Shown piece after piece: positions 61,800-64,000 of a DNA stretch of 64,000 nt. The DNA comes from an uncultured bacterium (GTDB taxonomy: Bacteria; Acidobacteriota; Aminicenantia; Aminicenantales; Aminicenantaceae). Within the stretch, counting starts at the first letter, position 1. Every line of letters begins with the position of its first letter. A program made the translations under genes and the position numbers. The stretch covers positions 27,440-91,439 of the forward strand of contig CBESWG010000007.1 in assembly GCA_965533275.1 (NCBI GenBank). The letters run 5' to 3'. The notes beneath the pieces were generated by a model. It made no database searches. It worked only from the letters and a program-made list of their open reading frames with translations, and was not told the origin of the DNA.

Positions 61800-62951
61800 A
61801 TGACAAAAGTTTTTGTGGTCCGCTGCACCGATTACACGCAGGCCGCCGAAAAAACTGCCGAACTGATTGAAAAAATGGGCGGCATGGAGAGCTTTGTATC
61901 GTCTGGCGAAAAGGTGGTCCTCAAACCCAACCTGCTGGCGGCTGCCGAACCGGACAAGGCCGTCACAACGCATCCCTCCATCATGTTCGCCGTCGCACAG
62001 ATGGCCGTGCAGGCGGGAGCCGAAGTCGTGCTCGCCGACAGCCCCGGCTCGGGATATCCCTACACCGAGAAGGTCCTGCAAAAGACCTACCGGGTCACAG
62101 GCATGGACAAAGTGGCGGCAGAATCCGGCGTCTCCCTGAACTATGATACGTCCCACGAGATCGTCTCTTTTCCGGAAGGCGAGCGCTTCAAGCGTTTCGA
62201 GATCATCACTCCGGTGCTCCAATCGGATGCGGTCTTCAACATCTGCAAGCTAAAGACACACAGCTTCATGCACATGACCTGTGCCGTCAAGAATCTTTTC
62301 GGAGTGATCGCTGGGCTGACCAAGCCGGGCTATCATGCCAAGCTCCAGGAAAAGGCACACTTCGCCAACATGCTCCTGGACCTTGCGGCCTGTGTCTCCC
62401 CACGGATCAACATCATGGATGCGGTGGTCGGCATGGAGGGCAACGGGCCGCACGGCGGAGAGCCCCGTGCTGTGGGGCTGCTCCTGGGATCCTCAAGCGC
62501 CCTCGCCCTCGATGTGGTGGCCGGTGCAATCATGGGGCTCTCCAAGGCGAACAATCCTGTCCTGGTCGAAGCCGAGAGGCGCGGCCTGACCCCCGTGGAT
62601 CTTGATCAGATCGAGCTTGTGGGGATCGATGCCTCTGAACTCCCCGTCCCGGAGTTCAAACTGCCTCCCACGGTCTCCAAGATGAGCTCCCGCGTGTTCG
62701 CGCTGCTCTATCCGATCTTCAAGAACGGATTCTCAGTGAAGCCGCGCATCATAAAAAACACCTGTATTTCCTGCGGCGCCTGCCGCGACGCCTGTCCCGT
62801 ACAAGTGATCACCATTGCCGGGAAGGATTCCCCGGCCCATATCGAAGACAAGGGCTGTATCCGCTGCTACTGTTGTCACGAGATGTGCCCCTACGACTCT
62901 ATCGAGCTGCGTCCCGGTCTTCTCTACCGTCTGTTCAACCGGGGATCATGA
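61800..62951 (+). CDS. DUF362 domain protein with C-terminal 2x[4Fe-4S] ferredoxin-type motifs
   Basis: AGAGGAGG SD. The block VVLKPNLL is typical of DUF362. C-terminal CISCGACRDACP and CIRCYCCHEMCP. Confidence 0.85.
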   Translation: MTKVFVVRCTDYTQAAEKTAELIEKMGGMESFVSSGEKVVLKPNLLAAAEPDKAVTTHPSIMFAVAQMAVQAGAEVVLADSPGSGYPYTEKVLQKTYRVTGMDKVAAESGVSLNYDTSHEIVSFPEGERFKRFEIITPVLQSDAVFNICKLKTHSFMHMTCAVKNLFGVIAGLTKPGYHAKLQEKAHFANMLLDLAACVSPRINIMDAVVGMEGNGPHGGEPRAVGLLLGSSSALALDVVAGAIMGLSKANNPVLVEAERRGLTPVDLDQIELVGIDASELPVPEFKLPPTVSKMSSRVFALLYPIFKNGFSVKPRIIKNTCISCGACRDACPVQVITIAGKDSPAHIEDKGCIRCYCCHEMCPYDSIELRPGLLYRLFNRGS

Positions 62952-63071
62952 CCGGCCGTGCCTGACCCCTGGTTGTTCTTCTCCATCATGTTCTTCACTC
63001 CGTTCAATTTTTAAAGACAAATCCGCGGGATTTCCGTACAATAGCAGGTTATTCCATCCGGAGGAGGCACC

Positions 63072-64000
63072 ATGAAAAAGAAAAACAACATCGACCGCAG
63101 GCGATTCCTGAAGACGTCCACCATGGGAGTGATCGGTGCCGGAGTGGCCGCGAGCACCAGCTCAGCCCGGCCAGTTCAGGATGAGTCGAAATCCGAAGCC
63201 AAGATCAAGGAGTACCGGCCCCTGGGCCGCACCGGTTTCAAGGTCTCCGATCTGGCTACCGGCTCCATCCAGGATGAAGGACTCCTGGCAGCCGCTCTCG
63301 ACGCCGGCATCAATTACATAGACACAGCCGAACAGTATCCCGGTCACCACAAAGTCGTGGGAAATGCCATCAAGGGCCGCGACCGCAAGAAGCTCTTTAT
63401 CTCCTCCAAGATCCTGCTGGAGGGTGAGGTGACCAAGGAAGATGTCCTCAAGCGCTCGCACAAGGCCCTCGAGGAGATCGGCACCGACTACCTCGACTGC
63501 ATGATGATGCATTTCCCTACCTCGATCGAGCAGCTCAAAATCCCGGCTTGGCACGAGGCCATGGCGCAGCTAAAGACCGAAGGGCGCATCAAGCACGTAG
63601 GCGCCTCTCACCACGGCTCATTCTGGTTCAAGGATCCCGAGGCGTCCATGGGAGACATCCTCCTCGCCGCGGCCGATGACGGCCGGTTCGATGTGTTCCT
63701 CATGACCTACAACTTCCTCCAGATCGACCATTCGAACAAGGTCCTGGACGCATGCAAGCAGAAGAACATCGGGACCGCCCTCATGAAAACATCGCCCATC
63801 ACGACCTTCAACAAGATCAAGGCGGGCGCCGAACGGATCAAGGACAGTGGAAAGGATGTTCCGGCCATATATGTGGAAGGTGTAGAGCGCTACACGCAGA
63901 TGCTCGAGGAGGCAGGCCCCTCGGTCAAGAAATTCAAACTCGAGAATCCCGATGCCGCCAGGGCAGCGGCCATCAAGTTCTGCCTTGGGAATGATTCAGT
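63072..64000 (+). CDS. aldo/keto reductase with twin-arginine (Tat) signal peptide (3' end outside the window)
   Basis: Not in the ORF track because no stop is reached. My translation from ATG 63072 (GGAGGAGG SD): MKKKNNIDRRRFLKTSTMGVIGAGVAASTSSARP...YRPLGRTGFKVSDLATGS...GINYIDTAEQY...KHVGASHHG. The frame stays open to 64000. Confidence 0.85.
   Translation, partial: MKKKNNIDRRRFLKTSTMGVIGAGVAASTSSARPVQDESKSEAKIKEYRPLGRTGFKVSDLATGSIQDEGLLAAALDAGINYIDTAEQYPGHHKVVGNAIKGRDRKKLFISSKILLEGEVTKEDVLKRSHKALEEIGTDYLDCMMMHFPTSIEQLKIPAWHEAMAQLKTEGRIKHVGASHHGSFWFKDPEASMGDILLAAADDGRFDVFLMTYNFLQIDHSNKVLDACKQKNIGTALMKTSPITTFNKIKAGAERIKDSGKDVPAIYVEGVERYTQMLEEAGPSVKKFKLENPDAARAAAIKFCLGNDS

Noticed and set aside
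1-64000. CRISPR arrays, tandem repeat arrays, tRNA/rRNA genes, integrases, transposases, toxin-antitoxin pairs and reverse transcriptases.
   Set aside because: None was recognised in the ORF translations or in the intergenic spacers I read by eye. A computational repeat or covariance-model scan could still find small elements that I missed.

Overview
GC-rich bacterial chromosomal segment with about 40 protein genes on both strands. I recognised no rRNA, tRNA, CRISPR array, integrase, transposase or phage gene. All calls come from reading the ORF translations and the DNA by eye. No search or computation was run, so family assignments rest on motifs and start codons are best guesses.

Three kinds of gene dominate:
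- Secreted or membrane-anchored hydrolases: a GH37 trehalase, an M28+M19 fusion peptidase, a tricorn-like S41 protease, an M24 aminopeptidase, a double-DTG retropepsin-like protease, an S8 subtilase, two beta-lactamase-fold serine hydrolases, a Cys-type sulfatase, a BNR/sortilin-type propeller, an EEP nuclease/phosphatase, a 5'-nucleotidase and a GH99-like protein.
- Transport: an APC permease, two orphan FtsX/MacB-type permeases and an outer-membrane beta-barrel protein.
- Membrane-spanning signalling proteins: a HAMP-PP2C phosphatase, a Ser/Thr kinase with TPR repeats, a zinc-ribbon TPR protein, an HTH-TM-FG-GAP protein and an LMW-PTP.

This mix resembles uncultured Acidobacteria/Aminicenantes-type genomes, but that is an impression and was not tested.

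The most system-like unexplained locus is a tightly overlapping minus-strand operon at 54.1-59.0 kb. It encodes a PD-(D/E)xK nuclease fused to an XPD/DinG Fe-S helicase, an epsilon-exonuclease-like protein with substituted catalytic residues, a GIY-YIG (Cho/UvrC-N-like) nuclease, and an Mre11/SbcD-like phosphoesterase that looks internally deleted and frameshifted. The second candidate is an orphan HerA/FtsK-like ATPase with a long coiled-coil tail (25.6-28.1 kb).

Smaller unexplained signals:
- an AT-rich islet with a small Cys-containing membrane protein (41.1-41.7 kb)
- a 14-bp perfect inverted repeat in a 374-bp divergent intergenic region (29.55-29.61 kb)
- a G-quadruplex-capable G tract (17.64 kb)
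- an 18-bp perfect palindrome (61.68 kb)
- a terminator hairpin with a duplicated arm (45.0 kb)

The many very long antisense ORFs in the track (up to 787 aa) are codon-register shadow ORFs and were rejected. Nothing here can be called a new system from the sequence alone. The helicase/nuclease operon is the candidate I would test first.
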